Shown here piece by piece: positions 9,957-20,238 of a stretch of 64,000 bases of DNA (position 1 is its first letter; each line of letters opens with the position of its first letter). Source of the stretch: Candidatus Caenarcanales bacterium (GTDB lineage: Bacteria > Cyanobacteriota > Vampirovibrionia > Caenarcaniphilales > Caenarcanaceae); the NCBI GenBank assembly GCA_041737745.1, contig JBGSRC010000001.1, positions 18,866 to 82,865 on the forward strand, in the 5' to 3' direction. The notes beneath the pieces are model-generated. The model did not search any database, was not told where the DNA came from, and saw nothing but the letters and a program-made list of their open reading frames with translations. A program made the translations under genes and the position numbers.

Positions 9957-11495
9957 ATGAATTTTCCTAACTCACCACGTCTGCGCGAGCCATTGCGGGT
10001 TTTGACTAAGATCATTCAGCTTTTTGCCCTCACCAAAAACTTCAACCGTGACCAATGGAAGGGCATTGAGTTTGAGCTTTGGCGCACAATTGCGCGCGAT
10101 CTCAGCAGTCTTTTTCTCGATAGGCCAGCTGTCCAGATCTGGAGTCACGATCCCTGTCAGGAGAATATGCGTCTGATCGCTAGCTCCACCACTTCTCTGC
10201 TTGCTGTCAGTGAAAGTAAAACCCGCCAAGATCTAGCGCTCAGTGGGTCAGTATTTGATTTCGACGATGAACTCTTTCTCTTCGTCCAGAGGCCTTTCTT
10301 GACGCTCAGTGAAGAAGAGAAAAGTTTGCTTGCAGCCGTAGTCGATCACCTTGCTGTCGCTCGGGAGTGGCGGTCATCTTTGGAAGTGGGTTTTGAGTTT
10401 CAGAGCCGGATGCTGCTGTTGCATAAGATCACTATTTCGCTTCATGGGACTTTGGAGTTACCGGAGATTTTGGCTAGTACAGCACGCGATCTTGGTGAAA
10501 CTTTGGGGGTTAGTCGTTGTTTCATTCGGCGTTACGATCCCATCGAGCCGGGTAAAGTTTTGGCTACAGAAAAAGCTTATGTCTTGGCTGGCCTGCCCGA
10601 TGCTCGTGATTTTATCTTTGACTTTGAGATCGATTGGATCAAAGAGCTTTCTTTATTGCTTGAAGATCCTGAAAGGGAAGCTAGCGATCTGAAAAATTCT
10701 GAGAGCATACTCTATATCGAAAACATCAATCATCACCCCGATCCAGATGGTCTGCTCGCTGCGCTCAATGAGATGACCCAGATCTTTACTTTCCTCAGCG
10801 TTCCCATTATCAATAACAAAGGCATAGTGGGTTCACTTTGTTTTCACCAATGCGATCGTGCGCGTTCGTTTAGCGTTCACGAGCTTGATTTCATCAGACA
10901 AGTGGCCGACGAAGCAGCAATAGCGATAGAACATGCTCAAATGTACGAGCAAATTCAAGAAAGAGCCAAGACTGATAGTCTCACTGGTCTTCTCAATAAA
11001 TCCGCTTTTCACGAGGAGCTGACCAAAGAGCTGAATCGCTCAAAACGGAGCAATCAAAATCTCTCGATCATGATGATCGACCTCGATTATCTAAAAAGAG
11101 TGAACGATACCTACGGACATATAGTCGGCGATGAAGTCTTGAAGCTACTTGGTAGTAAGATGAAGCAGGTTTTGCGGCAAGTAGACCAGGTTGCTCGTTT
11201 TGGTGGAGATGAATTTGGGGTGATTTTGCCTGAGACCTCGGCGGCTGGGGCTAGGGTTTTGGGGGCGCGTTTAGCGCAAGAGATTTTGGCTACTGTCCAT
11301 CCTGTTTGTGGCAGTCTCAGTGCCAGTATAGGTGTGCATGGTAGTCCTGAGTCTGCACTTGATAGTGAAGAATTGATTGAGGGGGCTGATATGGCGCTTT
11401 ACTTTGCTAAGCGGAGCGGTAAGGGGCGGATGTGTGCTTTTGGTGATATGACTACTGAGGATCTCGAAAATCCTTTCTTAAACCCGCAAGGCTAA
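9957..11495 (+). CDS. GAF domain-containing diguanylate cyclase (GGDEF)
   Basis: C-terminal GGDEF domain with RFGGDEFGVILP active-site motif. The upstream domain is GAF-like. 512 aa. Confidence 0.8.
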   Translation: MNFPNSPRLREPLRVLTKIIQLFALTKNFNRDQWKGIEFELWRTIARDLSSLFLDRPAVQIWSHDPCQENMRLIASSTTSLLAVSESKTRQDLALSGSVFDFDDELFLFVQRPFLTLSEEEKSLLAAVVDHLAVAREWRSSLEVGFEFQSRMLLLHKITISLHGTLELPEILASTARDLGETLGVSRCFIRRYDPIEPGKVLATEKAYVLAGLPDARDFIFDFEIDWIKELSLLLEDPEREASDLKNSESILYIENINHHPDPDGLLAALNEMTQIFTFLSVPIINNKGIVGSLCFHQCDRARSFSVHELDFIRQVADEAAIAIEHAQMYEQIQERAKTDSLTGLLNKSAFHEELTKELNRSKRSNQNLSIMMIDLDYLKRVNDTYGHIVGDEVLKLLGSKMKQVLRQVDQVARFGGDEFGVILPETSAAGARVLGARLAQEILATVHPVCGSLSASIGVHGSPESALDSEELIEGADMALYFAKRSGKGRMCAFGDMTTEDLENPFLNPQG

Positions 11496-11611
11496 GTTTA
11501 GTTCGCATGTTCTAAAGATTCTTTCCCCATCAGTCTTCAAGGGGGGGTTGGGGGCGAAGCCCTCAAGGAAATTAACTTCCCAAACCACAAGTGAGTACAG
11601 AGGTTTTCGAG

Positions 11612-11675
11612 CTCACTTGCGGTTATGAGAACCAATACGCCATGAGGGCTTGCAGCCCTCAAACTCCCGCTGAAT
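11612..11675. repeat. Copy 1 of a ~64 bp duplicated intergenic unit (…GGTTATGAGAACCA…CCATGAGGGCTTGCAGCCCTCAAACTCCCGCTGAA)
   Basis: Near-identical to 11810..11872 (about 90% identity). Contains the hairpin GAGGGC-TTGCA-GCCCTC followed by AAACTCCCGCTGAA. Confidence 0.8.
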
Positions 11676-11809
11676 AACTCCAATTCTCGCTAATTTTTCG
11701 GCAATCATAGGTTTGTTTTTTCAAAATCAAGGGGGGTTTGGGGGCGAAGCCCCCTTGGTAAAAAGTTTCTCCCCTCCCTCAGGGAGGGGTTGGGGGTGGG
11801 GGTTTTAGG

Positions 11810-11872
11810 CTCACTGATGGTTATGAGAACCAGCATGCCATGAGGGCTTGCAGCCCTCAAACTCCCGCTGAA
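11810..11872. repeat. Copy 2 of the ~64 bp duplicated intergenic unit
   Basis: Direct repeat of 11612..11675 about 200 bp downstream. The two copies are separated by G-tract palindromes (11731..11756 GGGGGGTTTGGGGGCGAAGCCCCC and 11771..11789 CCCCTCCCTCAGGGAGGGG). Confidence 0.8.
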
Positions 11873-11997
11873 AATTAGTTATTCAGAGTTTCCTTAATGA
11901 AGAATTAGATAGTTCCCAATGAAACCCCGCAAATGTCCTATTCCAACTGGACCAAAGCTAGCTTTACACTCGGGAATTAGTACACTTGCGCTACGCG

Positions 11998-12960
11998 CTA
12001 CCAATAACCACGAACAGGCTGGCCCTGCTGAGGAGCAGCGTAAGTAGGAGCAGGAGGTGCTGGCAAATAACGCTTGTAAGGAATAGGAGGTGGCACAAAG
12101 TTAGCCTGCGCAATCACAGGACAACCAGGTGAACCAACATAGAAATCACCAGAACAATGAGGCTGTGCCGGTCTTTTTACCCGTGTAGTCCCCCAAGTAG
12201 CGCCAATTGAAGTTCCACCAGCAACACTCTCAGAATCAGTAGCACTACCACCGATGCTAGCTCCTATTCCGGTGCTGTAGCTTCTAACTGTTTCAGCGTA
12301 AGTACAGTTCAGATTGCCGACTAGATTTGCGGAATTTTTGGAAGCGATACGCGCTAAGCCGACTAGTGCAGCCTCAGTTGTGGCATATTCTTCCATGAAG
12401 ACATAACCGGTTCCGAGATAGCTGACGCAAGAAGGAGGAAGATTGGTGTCAAGTCCACAAACAATGATGGCACCGGACGGAACACTAGGACTAGCGCTGC
12501 TAATGGCTGAGGCTATGTATTCTTTCTCGTCATAAATTCCAAAAAGATAATCTTTGATTCTTGCTCTAAGTGGCGCACCGACGTTTACAACGCGACAGCG
12601 CGAATAGATCGAGTTGTCATTGATGGTCTTGGTCGGGTGAAAAAGTATATGAGGAGGAGTGAAATTCCATGGCCCATGAAAGAGCTGAGTATGCGAATAA
12701 GCACTAGGCGACATTAAGACGGCTTGGGTAGAAGGAGCGATGAAGCCCGAACTGTAACCTAGACCGGCTCCACTCTCAACGAGCACATTGCTTATTGAGC
12801 CACTGTTGCTGAGAGCGTTGTTCGTTCCCACCTGCGAGTTAGGGCCATTTGAGATAGCTCCGACCTGTGTGTCGGATTTACTCATAAGGGGGGTAAACAT
12901 TGTTCCCGCTAACAACAAGAGCGAGAGACTGATCTTCGTACCTAAAAGTCTTTTTGTCAT
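11998..12960 (-). CDS. Hypothetical secreted protein (Gly/Ser/Thr/Ala-rich, Pro-rich C-terminus)
   Basis: N-terminal signal-like segment MTKRLLGTKISLSLLLLAGTMFTPL. No recognisable catalytic motif. 320 aa single ORF. Confidence 0.4.
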   Translation of the reverse strand: MTKRLLGTKISLSLLLLAGTMFTPLMSKSDTQVGAISNGPNSQVGTNNALSNSGSISNVLVESGAGLGYSSGFIAPSTQAVLMSPSAYSHTQLFHGPWNFTPPHILFHPTKTINDNSIYSRCRVVNVGAPLRARIKDYLFGIYDEKEYIASAISSASPSVPSGAIIVCGLDTNLPPSCVSYLGTGYVFMEEYATTEAALVGLARIASKNSANLVGNLNCTYAETVRSYSTGIGASIGGSATDSESVAGGTSIGATWGTTRVKRPAQPHCSGDFYVGSPGCPVIAQANFVPPPIPYKRYLPAPPAPTYAAPQQGQPVRGYW

Positions 12961-13126
12961 AGCTTTATATTTCTTAAGGAGTAATCCCTATGCTTTTTGT
13001 TCCACAAATTGAGACCAGCTATGCGGCAAATCCTCTTTTCCTAAACCTAACAACCTAGAATGCTTGATTTATCTTGAGTGTGGGGCTGAAGCAAAGTAGA
13101 ATAGTCTTAAGATAGGAGAAAAGTTT

Positions 13127-13450
13127 ATGAGCGACAAATCAAACAATGACTTTTTGAGTGGCTTTATAGTCGGAGGCGTAATAGGCGCTCTGGTTGCCAT
13201 GTTGAACACACCGCACAACGGTAACGAATTCAAACGGGAACTGGGCAAAAACTACAAGCTAGGCCTCGAAAAGACCGGTGAGACCTGCAACGAACTGCGC
13301 GATTCACTCGATGATTTGCAAAAAAACGTCGAAGGAAAATTCAGCCATGTCGTAGACGACCTAAAAGACAAAGCAGTCTCCCTCTCTAAGCGCCTTGAGG
13401 CTCTCACCAATCGTGGCGCCCGCGTTTTGATCGAAGATGAAATCGTCTAG
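13127..13450 (+). CDS. YtxH-like (DUF948) small membrane-anchored protein
   Basis: GFIVGGVIGALVAMLNTPHNGNEFKRELGKNY matches the YtxH N-terminal TM plus GxxxG pattern, followed by a coiled-coil-like tail. 107 aa. Overlaps the next gene by 14 nt (operon). Confidence 0.5.
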   Translation: MSDKSNNDFLSGFIVGGVIGALVAMLNTPHNGNEFKRELGKNYKLGLEKTGETCNELRDSLDDLQKNVEGKFSHVVDDLKDKAVSLSKRLEALTNRGARVLIEDEIV

Positions 13451-14096
13451 ATTCAAGCACCTAGCCCCTTGTTTTGGGCTTCTTGTCTGGTTTCTATTGA
13501 GTACTGTAGCCAAGGCCGAGTCAGTGGCTTCTCTGGAGTCGGCTTCAATTGGCTCGAACGTATTGCCTGGCACAACGGTCAAGCTTGTCGTGGAAAGAGG
13601 AGTGAGTGCTTCAGACAGCAAAATAGGTGATTTGTTTGTCGCTCGAGTGCAGACGGCTGCTTATGATGACAGGGGCTTGAATGTGGTTGTCCCCGATGGC
13701 TCTTGGGTGACGGGGCGGGTTCTTGCTGTGCAGACTCCGGCTTTGCTCAGCCGTGCTGGTAAAATCAGCCTTGAGCTCGAGTATTTGACCAGTGTCACCG
13801 GTGAGATTTATCCACTGGCGGCAGTTTTGAGCTTTGACAAGAACAAAATAAATCGTTTTGGTGTTTTAGATCCTCAGACTGGGTTTTTATCGCGCGCACT
13901 GAAGCCCACCCAAAATCTGCTTTCCAGTGAGGGAGGACAGATTGCTTCTATTGCTACGCTGGGTATTCCCGTCGTTTTTACTTTGATTGAAGGTTCAGCC
14001 AAGGCAGCGATCTGCAAGGGCGATAGTGTTGGTTTGTATCCTGGTGAAGTTTTTCAGATCGAGATAGCCGATGAGGGCGTTCAGCTAAAGCAATGA
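13437..14096 (+). CDS. Hypothetical secreted protein
   Basis: Signal peptide MKSSRFKHLAPCFGLLVWFLLSTVAKA. 219 aa. Translationally coupled to its neighbours (overlaps at both ends). Confidence 0.4.
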   Translation: MKSSRFKHLAPCFGLLVWFLLSTVAKAESVASLESASIGSNVLPGTTVKLVVERGVSASDSKIGDLFVARVQTAAYDDRGLNVVVPDGSWVTGRVLAVQTPALLSRAGKISLELEYLTSVTGEIYPLAAVLSFDKNKINRFGVLDPQTGFLSRALKPTQNLLSSEGGQIASIATLGIPVVFTLIEGSAKAAICKGDSVGLYPGEVFQIEIADEGVQLKQ

Positions 14097-14596
14097 CTGC
14101 TGCCAGCGGCTCTGGTGAGCTGAGAGTTTTTTTGTTTGCTATTTTTTGGGCTTTGCTTGTCAGTGCTGTGCTTGCTTTTGCGCCGCTTGGGGTTTGTTTT
14201 AGTCTGGTTGGTGGGGCTATTGGGGCTGTTTATTTTCAGCATGGGTTGGCTCGCTTGAGAGGGAGAGTGAATCCGCTCAGTGCTGCAGAGAGGATGTTTT
14301 TTTTATTGATGGTCACTATTTTGCTTGCTTTTTTGGCTGGGACCATTTCTTGGGCTTTTGGCTTACGGGCTCCTCAGACAAACAGTTTGATTGAGTTTGT
14401 CAGTAACAGACCTTATGAAGAAGTTTTGTTGTTTTTTGTGGGGGAGAGCAAGGCCTATTTTCTCAGTCTTTTGGCTGCTGGGGTTTGTGGTGGTGGTGGT
14501 GTTTTGATTGGGTTTGCGCTTCCGTCTGGGCGCTTGCTTTCCGATGCAGAGTTTTTGGCTAAAAGCAGTCCTGAGGAGCTGGATGAATATTTGTAG
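14093..14596 (+). CDS. Hypothetical integral membrane protein
   Basis: Four predicted hydrophobic helices. ATGA overlap with the upstream gene. 167 aa. Confidence 0.4.
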   Translation: MTAASGSGELRVFLFAIFWALLVSAVLAFAPLGVCFSLVGGAIGAVYFQHGLARLRGRVNPLSAAERMFFLLMVTILLAFLAGTISWAFGLRAPQTNSLIEFVSNRPYEEVLLFFVGESKAYFLSLLAAGVCGGGGVLIGFALPSGRLLSDAEFLAKSSPEELDEYL

Positions 14597-14891
14597 AGTG
14601 TTGCCACCCCAAACCTCAGTTGGTTTTTTAGATTTATTCAAGGTTTTTTTTGGGGGAGGCACAGCAGCGAATCAAGCTCAAATTGAGTTGGTTTTCTAGA
14701 TTTATTCAAGGGGGTTTGGGGGCGAAGCCCCCATAAAAAAACTCTTTTAACCGACAGTAAAAACAGTAATGCTTGGTTCGCCGGAGGTTTGTGAAGTCTT
14801 TTTGATGGGCGACTAAACTCTCCCAAACTCCCTGTATTTCAAAGAAAATTCAAACGAAGAAAAAAGCTCTTATTATAGAGACTCTAAAAAC

Positions 14892-15602
14892 ATGCTCAAT
14901 TTCATCACATCTTTGCTGGTCGGTTTTTATGTACTGAGTCTATTAGTAGACCCTGCGGGTATTACTTTTTCACTCGATATTCAGCAGCATGCTCTGCTCG
15001 CCCCCAGCAATGCCGGTCTCTTGCAGCTTGGCGCCACCGGCGCTTGGTTGGTCTTTGAGCAGGGCCTGCCATTGACCGTTTTTACGGGCTTACTGCTGCA
15101 TGCAGATTTGTTGCATCTATTTTTCAATGTGGCCAGTTTTCGTTACGTTTCGGCTGAGCTCAGGCGTTTCATCGGTGAGGAAGATCTTGGGCTTATTTTT
15201 GGGTTTTCGGCTGCTTTGGCCAGTCTTGCCAGTGCTAGTCTTTATCAGTTTTGGGGTTTTAATCACCCTCTGCTTTTGGATTTAGGTTTAGGGGGAGCTT
15301 ATCTTGGCATTGGTGCTTCAGGTGGAGTTCTAGGGGTTGTGGGGGCGCTTTTGGGGCGTGGGCAGACCAGTGGCAGCCTAGCGGCTCGTCAAACCGGTGA
15401 GGGTTTTGCGATGGCTGGCATTGTGGCTGGTTTTCTGCTTGGGGCTGATAATTGCGCTCATTTGGCGGGCTTTGCGGCGGGCTATCTACTTTCTTTTGTC
15501 GTCGCGGTTTTGCCTTTGTGGTTGAAGCGCATCGCTTTGGTTTTGCTGTTGGGGATTATTTGCTACGCCGTCTGTTTGTCTTATTTTCATTTTACGGCTT
15601 GA
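14892..15602 (+). CDS. Rhomboid family intramembrane serine protease
   Basis: GIGASGGVLGVVGALLG (catalytic GxSG in a TM helix) and NCAHLAGFAAGYLL (catalytic His helix, AHxxGxxxG). Polytopic, 236 aa. Confidence 0.65.
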   Translation: MLNFITSLLVGFYVLSLLVDPAGITFSLDIQQHALLAPSNAGLLQLGATGAWLVFEQGLPLTVFTGLLLHADLLHLFFNVASFRYVSAELRRFIGEEDLGLIFGFSAALASLASASLYQFWGFNHPLLLDLGLGGAYLGIGASGGVLGVVGALLGRGQTSGSLAARQTGEGFAMAGIVAGFLLGADNCAHLAGFAAGYLLSFVVAVLPLWLKRIALVLLLGIICYAVCLSYFHFTA

Positions 15603-15618
15603 GCGGTGAGAACAAAGC

Positions 15619-17178
15619 TCAAATCCAACGGAAGAAATGATGCTTAGAATCGTTTAGCCCCACTATCTTCTCCGGATGAAAACGAAACTCGACTTCCTTC
15701 GAAGAAATATTTAGCCCATAAAACAAAGGCGCCCAATACACAAATGACCAAACGATACTGGCAATCAGACCCCAGACCAGAAGCCTTACCCAGCGCCATC
15801 TAGACTGCAAGAGATTAGTAAAAACCAAAGCCAAAGCACAAAAAGCAAAACAAACAGCCGGCAAGTAATGGTAAAGAAAAAGACAACGCTTGAGTCCCAA
15901 AAAAGGAAAATACAAAAGAGAAAAATTGAGCAGCAAAAAAACCTGAGTAAATAAATCACTACGCTTACTAGCCGGCAAAAGCCTAAAGTGTCTTGCAATA
16001 GGCGAAACAACAAGCCCAATGACAATAGGCACAAAAGCTAAAATCCCAAACCACCACAAAAGCGGATTCCCCATCCCAATCACAGCCCGAGTAAAGCCAG
16101 TGCGTCCGAGTGCAGCTGGGCTAGTCTCATAGACGTAAGCGATAGGCCGAAGCATAATAGGCCAGCCAGTAGCCACTGCGCAATAGGGATGAATGCTCTG
16201 AGGGTCAGTCTTGCCCAGCCCAAGGTTGTGGTGATAATCGTAAATGCCCTTATGATAGTTGTAGAGCTCACTGGTCTTCAGTTTATTTATCTGAAAATGT
16301 GGCGCTAGGACAAGCAAGTAAGCGAGCAGAGGAATCAGTCCAAAGCAAATAGGCAAGCTCAGTGCAGGCAGCCAAGGATAAGCAGCTCGTTTATTGAAGA
16401 GCTCAGTGATTTTCAGAAAACCAAAAAGACTAAGCAGCAGCTTGCGCGATCTAGGCAAAAAGAGCAAACAAAGACGCGAAGCAAAGCCGATCCCCAACAG
16501 AGCAAAAACAGCCCCCAAATAGCCCAGTCCGCTCCATTTGCAGCCGACAGAAAGACCCAGCGAAAGCCCAGCGCCTAAGTGCCAAAGCAGACGATGCAGT
16601 TGATTTGTTTTGCTCTGGAAGCCTTTCAGAAAAAGCAAGAGCCCTAGCAGGCCAAAGAAAATGAGGGCGATATTGTTGAACGCATAACGGCTCTCAGTCA
16701 GCAAAAAACCATCGAGCAAGGTGAGTAGACCAGCCAGCAGCCCAAAAGTACGGGCTCTAAGTTCTCTCTGTCCACTGAGACGGGCTAGATTGAGCGCTAT
16801 GCCAGCCATAAAAAGCGGAATGAAGCTGCCAATCAGCGCGTTAGCGCAACGATAACCGAAAGGCCCCTTCAGATAATCATCGGGAGCGAGATTGACGCCC
16901 AGCAAAAAAGCCAGTTCATTGGAGAGCTTGGTGCCAAGAGCGATGATCAGCTTTCCTAGAGGCGGATGAACATCATAAAAGACCTGCTGGTTTATGTAAT
17001 CGACCGCAAAACGGGCGAAATACACCTCGTCAAAGACAAAGAAATCAAAACGATCTAAGATCCAAAAGCGCATAGCCAGCGAAAGCCCAAGCAAAATCAC
17101 TAGCAAAATCTTGTAGCGGGCAAGTAGAAAATCACCGAGAGCACGCAACGAATAAGGCTTGGCTATAAGTTCCATCAT
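15619..17178 (-). CDS. GT39/GT83-type (PMT/ArnT-like) membrane glycosyltransferase
   Basis: The loop after TM1, FDEVYFARFAVDYINQQVFYDVHPPLGKLIIALG, carries the DE...HPPLGK signature of dolichyl/undecaprenyl-phosphate-sugar-dependent GT-C transferases. More than 10 TM segments. Start assigned to Met (MMELIAKP) at 17178, overlapping the leuS stop. The ORF extends to 17313. Confidence 0.6.
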   Translation of the reverse strand: MMELIAKPYSLRALGDFLLARYKILLVILLGLSLAMRFWILDRFDFFVFDEVYFARFAVDYINQQVFYDVHPPLGKLIIALGTKLSNELAFLLGVNLAPDDYLKGPFGYRCANALIGSFIPLFMAGIALNLARLSGQRELRARTFGLLAGLLTLLDGFLLTESRYAFNNIALIFFGLLGLLLFLKGFQSKTNQLHRLLWHLGAGLSLGLSVGCKWSGLGYLGAVFALLGIGFASRLCLLFLPRSRKLLLSLFGFLKITELFNKRAAYPWLPALSLPICFGLIPLLAYLLVLAPHFQINKLKTSELYNYHKGIYDYHHNLGLGKTDPQSIHPYCAVATGWPIMLRPIAYVYETSPAALGRTGFTRAVIGMGNPLLWWFGILAFVPIVIGLVVSPIARHFRLLPASKRSDLFTQVFLLLNFSLLYFPFLGLKRCLFLYHYLPAVCFAFCALALVFTNLLQSRWRWVRLLVWGLIASIVWSFVYWAPLFYGLNISSKEVEFRFHPEKIVGLNDSKHHFFRWI

Positions 17179-20132
17179 CAAAACACCACATTGACCAGTC
17201 TGCCGGGGACGATTATCACTTTTTTGGTGGGATTGGCTCCTAGTCTGGCGCAAATCTTGGCGTTGCTGAGCGCTAATCTTTCCAGTTCTTCGCTGCTGGC
17301 TGATTTTGAGCAACTGATCGCATCTACTTTTTTGCCATTGATCTGCAAAACCAGCTCAAAGTTTTCGTCAACAACACACTCAGGATCGAAGCTAGGCCAT
17401 GCGCTCTGGTGCACAAAGCCCTCCAAGCCCACTAACCCCCAACATTCTTGGGTGAGATGAGGAGCGAATGGAGCCAAAAGCTGCAGGAAATTTTTTAGAG
17501 CAAAGAGCTTGACTGAAGCCTGACAGACCAGCTCTTGGCGGGTGAGTATATTTAGCAGCTCAAAGAGTCGAGCGATGGCCGTATTGAAGGCATAACGGTC
17601 AGCTTGCAAGTCGTGACTGACAGCTCTAATAGTCTTGTGCACTGCTCTGATGAGCTCTGCTTCGCCCTCTTCTAGACTGGCCAAATCAGCACTGGCAAAC
17701 TCTTGAGCTGGAATGTTTTGTAGTTTGTCAGCCTCAGAGCTGACTAGGCGCCAGATTCGCCCCAAAAACCGTGACTGTCCACGGGCTCCATCTTCTGACC
17801 ACTCGATTTCGTCACTGGGAGGACCGGCAAAGAGCATGAAAAGCCTCGCAGCGTCAGCTCCATGTTCGGCCACAAAAGAGTCTATGGCCACCACATTGCC
17901 GCGTGACTTGGACATTTTGGCCACCTTGCCCTCCTTGGGGCTGTGCATAGTCACCATCCCTTGGCTGAGGAGACGAGTGAAGGGCTCAGAAAAATCGAGC
18001 AAACCGACGTCACGGAGCGCCTTAGTGAAAAAACGGGCATACAAGAGATGCAAGATGGCATGCTCGATCCCACCGACATATTGGTCTACTGGCAACCAGC
18101 GCTTGAGGGCCTCAGCCGAGAAGGGCTCTGACTGGTTCTGGGCGTCAGCAAAACGTAAAAAATACCAACTAGAACACACAAACGTGTCCATGGTATCGCT
18201 CTCGCGAGTAAGCTTTTCGCCAGTTTTGGGGTCTGTATAGCTGAGCCAGTCGGCGCATTCGCTCAGTTTTTTGTATTCGCTATTTTTTGGGAGCTCCACT
18301 GGAAGCTCTTCGTAGGCTACTGCTTTCGCTTTACCCTCTGCGTCGTAGACAAGCGGAATAGGCGTTCCCCAATAGCGCTGTCTGCTCACTAGCCAGTCTC
18401 TGAGTCTGTATTGAATTTTTAGACGGCCGAAGCCAGCTTGCTGGGCGTAAGCAGCCATTTCTTGTTTGGCCTGACTTGAACTCAGTCCGGAAAAAGCTCC
18501 AGAAGAATGGGTGTAACCGTAATCGCAATAGGCCGCACCGATAGTCAAATTCTTGACATAAAACACATCGGCAGCCACATTGTCGTTGTAGCGTTCAGTG
18601 GGGACGAAACCACAAGACTGGTAGAGAGCATTGGCGGGGGCAAGCACGACGCGACTATCGAGATAGACTTCCTTGAAGCCCAAGCCTCTGGCCTGCTCGT
18701 CAAAGAAACTGATCAATTGGCGAGCAAGTCCAAGACCACGAGCACTAGGTGCAATGAACATCCTTCTCAGTTCGCAACGATCGGCGTCAAGCGGCCTGAG
18801 TGAGATTGATCCTAAGATTTCTTGGCTATCTTTTCGGCGGAGAATCCAAAAGATATTGCCGTTGACGGCGTATTCAGAGAGGCTCTGATCGATTTCTGAG
18901 GCTTGCACGCCATAGTCGCTTTTTAGGTTTGCAAAATATTGGCCGAGAATCAGCTCACAGTCTCTGAGGTGTGTTTCATTGAGCGGGTCGATGCGCTGTA
19001 GCAGATACTCACTAGGTAGAGCTCCAAGCCCAGCCTTGGCGGCAATCACCGGCTTAATCGGCAAATGATATTTATTGGCGAAGAGAAAATCTCGCTCATC
19101 GTGAGCCGGTACGCCCATCACCGCTCCAGTGCCATAGTTGCCGAGGACATAATCCGCTATCCAGACAGGCACCCGCTCGCCACTGTAGGGGTTGATCGCA
19201 TAAGAACCGGTGAAGACGCCTGTCTTATCCCCTTGTTGTTGGGTGCGGTCAAGGTCGCTCAAAGCGGCGCTTCGCGCCCTGTACTCGTCGACCTTTCGGC
19301 GCTGAGCGGGGTGAGTGATCTCAGCTACCAGTTCGTTTTCGGGAGCCAGAACGAGATAGCTGACGCCGAAGATCGTATCTAATCTGGTGGTGAAGACGGT
19401 GATTTTTTTTGGTGAGCCTTCGAAAACAAAGTCGATTTCCGCCCCTTCAGAGCGCCCAATCCAATTCCTTTGCATGGTCTTCACCTGCTCTGGCCATTCT
19501 TTTAGGAGCTCTAGATCGTTGAGGAGCTCTTCGGCATAGACTGTCACTTTGAAGAACCATTGGGCTAAGAGCTTCTTTTCGACCAAGACCTCGGAGTGTC
19601 GCCAACAGTAGCCGTCTTCAACCTGTTCATTAGCGAGCACAGTGCCGCAGGCTGGGCACCAGTTGACCGGTGATTCTTTGCGATAGACCAGACCTTTTTC
19701 GTAAAACTTGAGAAAGATAAACTGAGTCCAACGATAATAATCTTTGTGGCAGGAAGCTAGTTCTCGTGTCCAATCAAAGCTGGTGCCTAGTGATTTTAGC
19801 TGGCGACGCATATTGGCCATATTCGCCTCAGTCCAGTCGCCCGGGTGAATGCCTTTGTCTTGGGCGGCATTTTCGGCCGGAAGACCAAAGGCATCGAAGC
19901 CCATTGGGTTAAGTACATTGAAGCCTTGCATGCGCTTGAAGCGGCTGATCACGTCAGCGATGGTATAGACTCTCGCATGTCCCATGTGCAAGTCCCCGCT
20001 CGGATAGGGGAACATCACTAGCGAGTAGAATTTTGGCAGTGGTGATTCTTCTTGTGCTTTGTCTATGCCGCTTTCAGCCCATAGCTTTTGCCATTTTTTT
20101 TCTAGCTCTGAGGGGGAATATTGGTCTGACAT
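17178..20132 (-). CDS. leuS: Leucine--tRNA ligase (LeuRS) with an in-frame GNAT acetyltransferase-like insertion
   Basis: HMGH (HIGH) and KMSKS motifs, a CP1 editing domain (TTRLDT...[30 protein letters not shown]) and [15 protein letters not shown]. 984 aa. Residues ~372-530 form an extra ~155 aa module with GNAT motif A ([19 protein letters not shown], matching Q/R-x-x-G-x-G/A) and YQSCGF motif D. Confidence 0.85.
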   Translation of the reverse strand: MSDQYSPSELEKKWQKLWAESGIDKAQEESPLPKFYSLVMFPYPSGDLHMGHARVYTIADVISRFKRMQGFNVLNPMGFDAFGLPAENAAQDKGIHPGDWTEANMANMRRQLKSLGTSFDWTRELASCHKDYYRWTQFIFLKFYEKGLVYRKESPVNWCPACGTVLANEQVEDGYCWRHSEVLVEKKLLAQWFFKVTVYAEELLNDLELLKEWPEQVKTMQRNWIGRSEGAEIDFVFEGSPKKITVFTTRLDTIFGVSYLVLAPENELVAEITHPAQRRKVDEYRARSAALSDLDRTQQQGDKTGVFTGSYAINPYSGERVPVWIADYVLGNYGTGAVMGVPAHDERDFLFANKYHLPIKPVIAAKAGLGALPSEYLLQRIDPLNETHLRDCELILGQYFANLKSDYGVQASEIDQSLSEYAVNGNIFWILRRKDSQEILGSISLRPLDADRCELRRMFIAPSARGLGLARQLISFFDEQARGLGFKEVYLDSRVVLAPANALYQSCGFVPTERYNDNVAADVFYVKNLTIGAAYCDYGYTHSSGAFSGLSSSQAKQEMAAYAQQAGFGRLKIQYRLRDWLVSRQRYWGTPIPLVYDAEGKAKAVAYEELPVELPKNSEYKKLSECADWLSYTDPKTGEKLTRESDTMDTFVCSSWYFLRFADAQNQSEPFSAEALKRWLPVDQYVGGIEHAILHLLYARFFTKALRDVGLLDFSEPFTRLLSQGMVTMHSPKEGKVAKMSKSRGNVVAIDSFVAEHGADAARLFMLFAGPPSDEIEWSEDGARGQSRFLGRIWRLVSSEADKLQNIPAQEFASADLASLEEGEAELIRAVHKTIRAVSHDLQADRYAFNTAIARLFELLNILTRQELVCQASVKLFALKNFLQLLAPFAPHLTQECWGLVGLEGFVHQSAWPSFDPECVVDENFELVLQINGKKVDAISCSKSASSEELERLALSNAKICARLGANPTKKVIIVPGRLVNVVF

Positions 20133-20238
20133 CTTGCTGGTTTTAGTGACTACCTAACAACACAAAGTCTGTATTTTAGCATTTGCGGGGTGAAAGCTCT
20201 CACTGGAAGCAAAAAAGCTCAGCCTGTATACTCTTATC

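Noticed and set aside
17191-19382. Plus-strand ORFs inside leuS (17191..17460, 17713..18240, 18507..18803, 18673..18888, 19065..19382)
   Set aside because: They are antisense to a well-supported 984-aa LeuRS reading frame and show no independent motifs. Typical antisense open frames of a long gene.
20133-20238. T-box or other leader upstream of leuS
   Set aside because: The 5' intergenic region is only about 105 bp. That is too short for a T-box, and no specifier or T-box consensus was seen.
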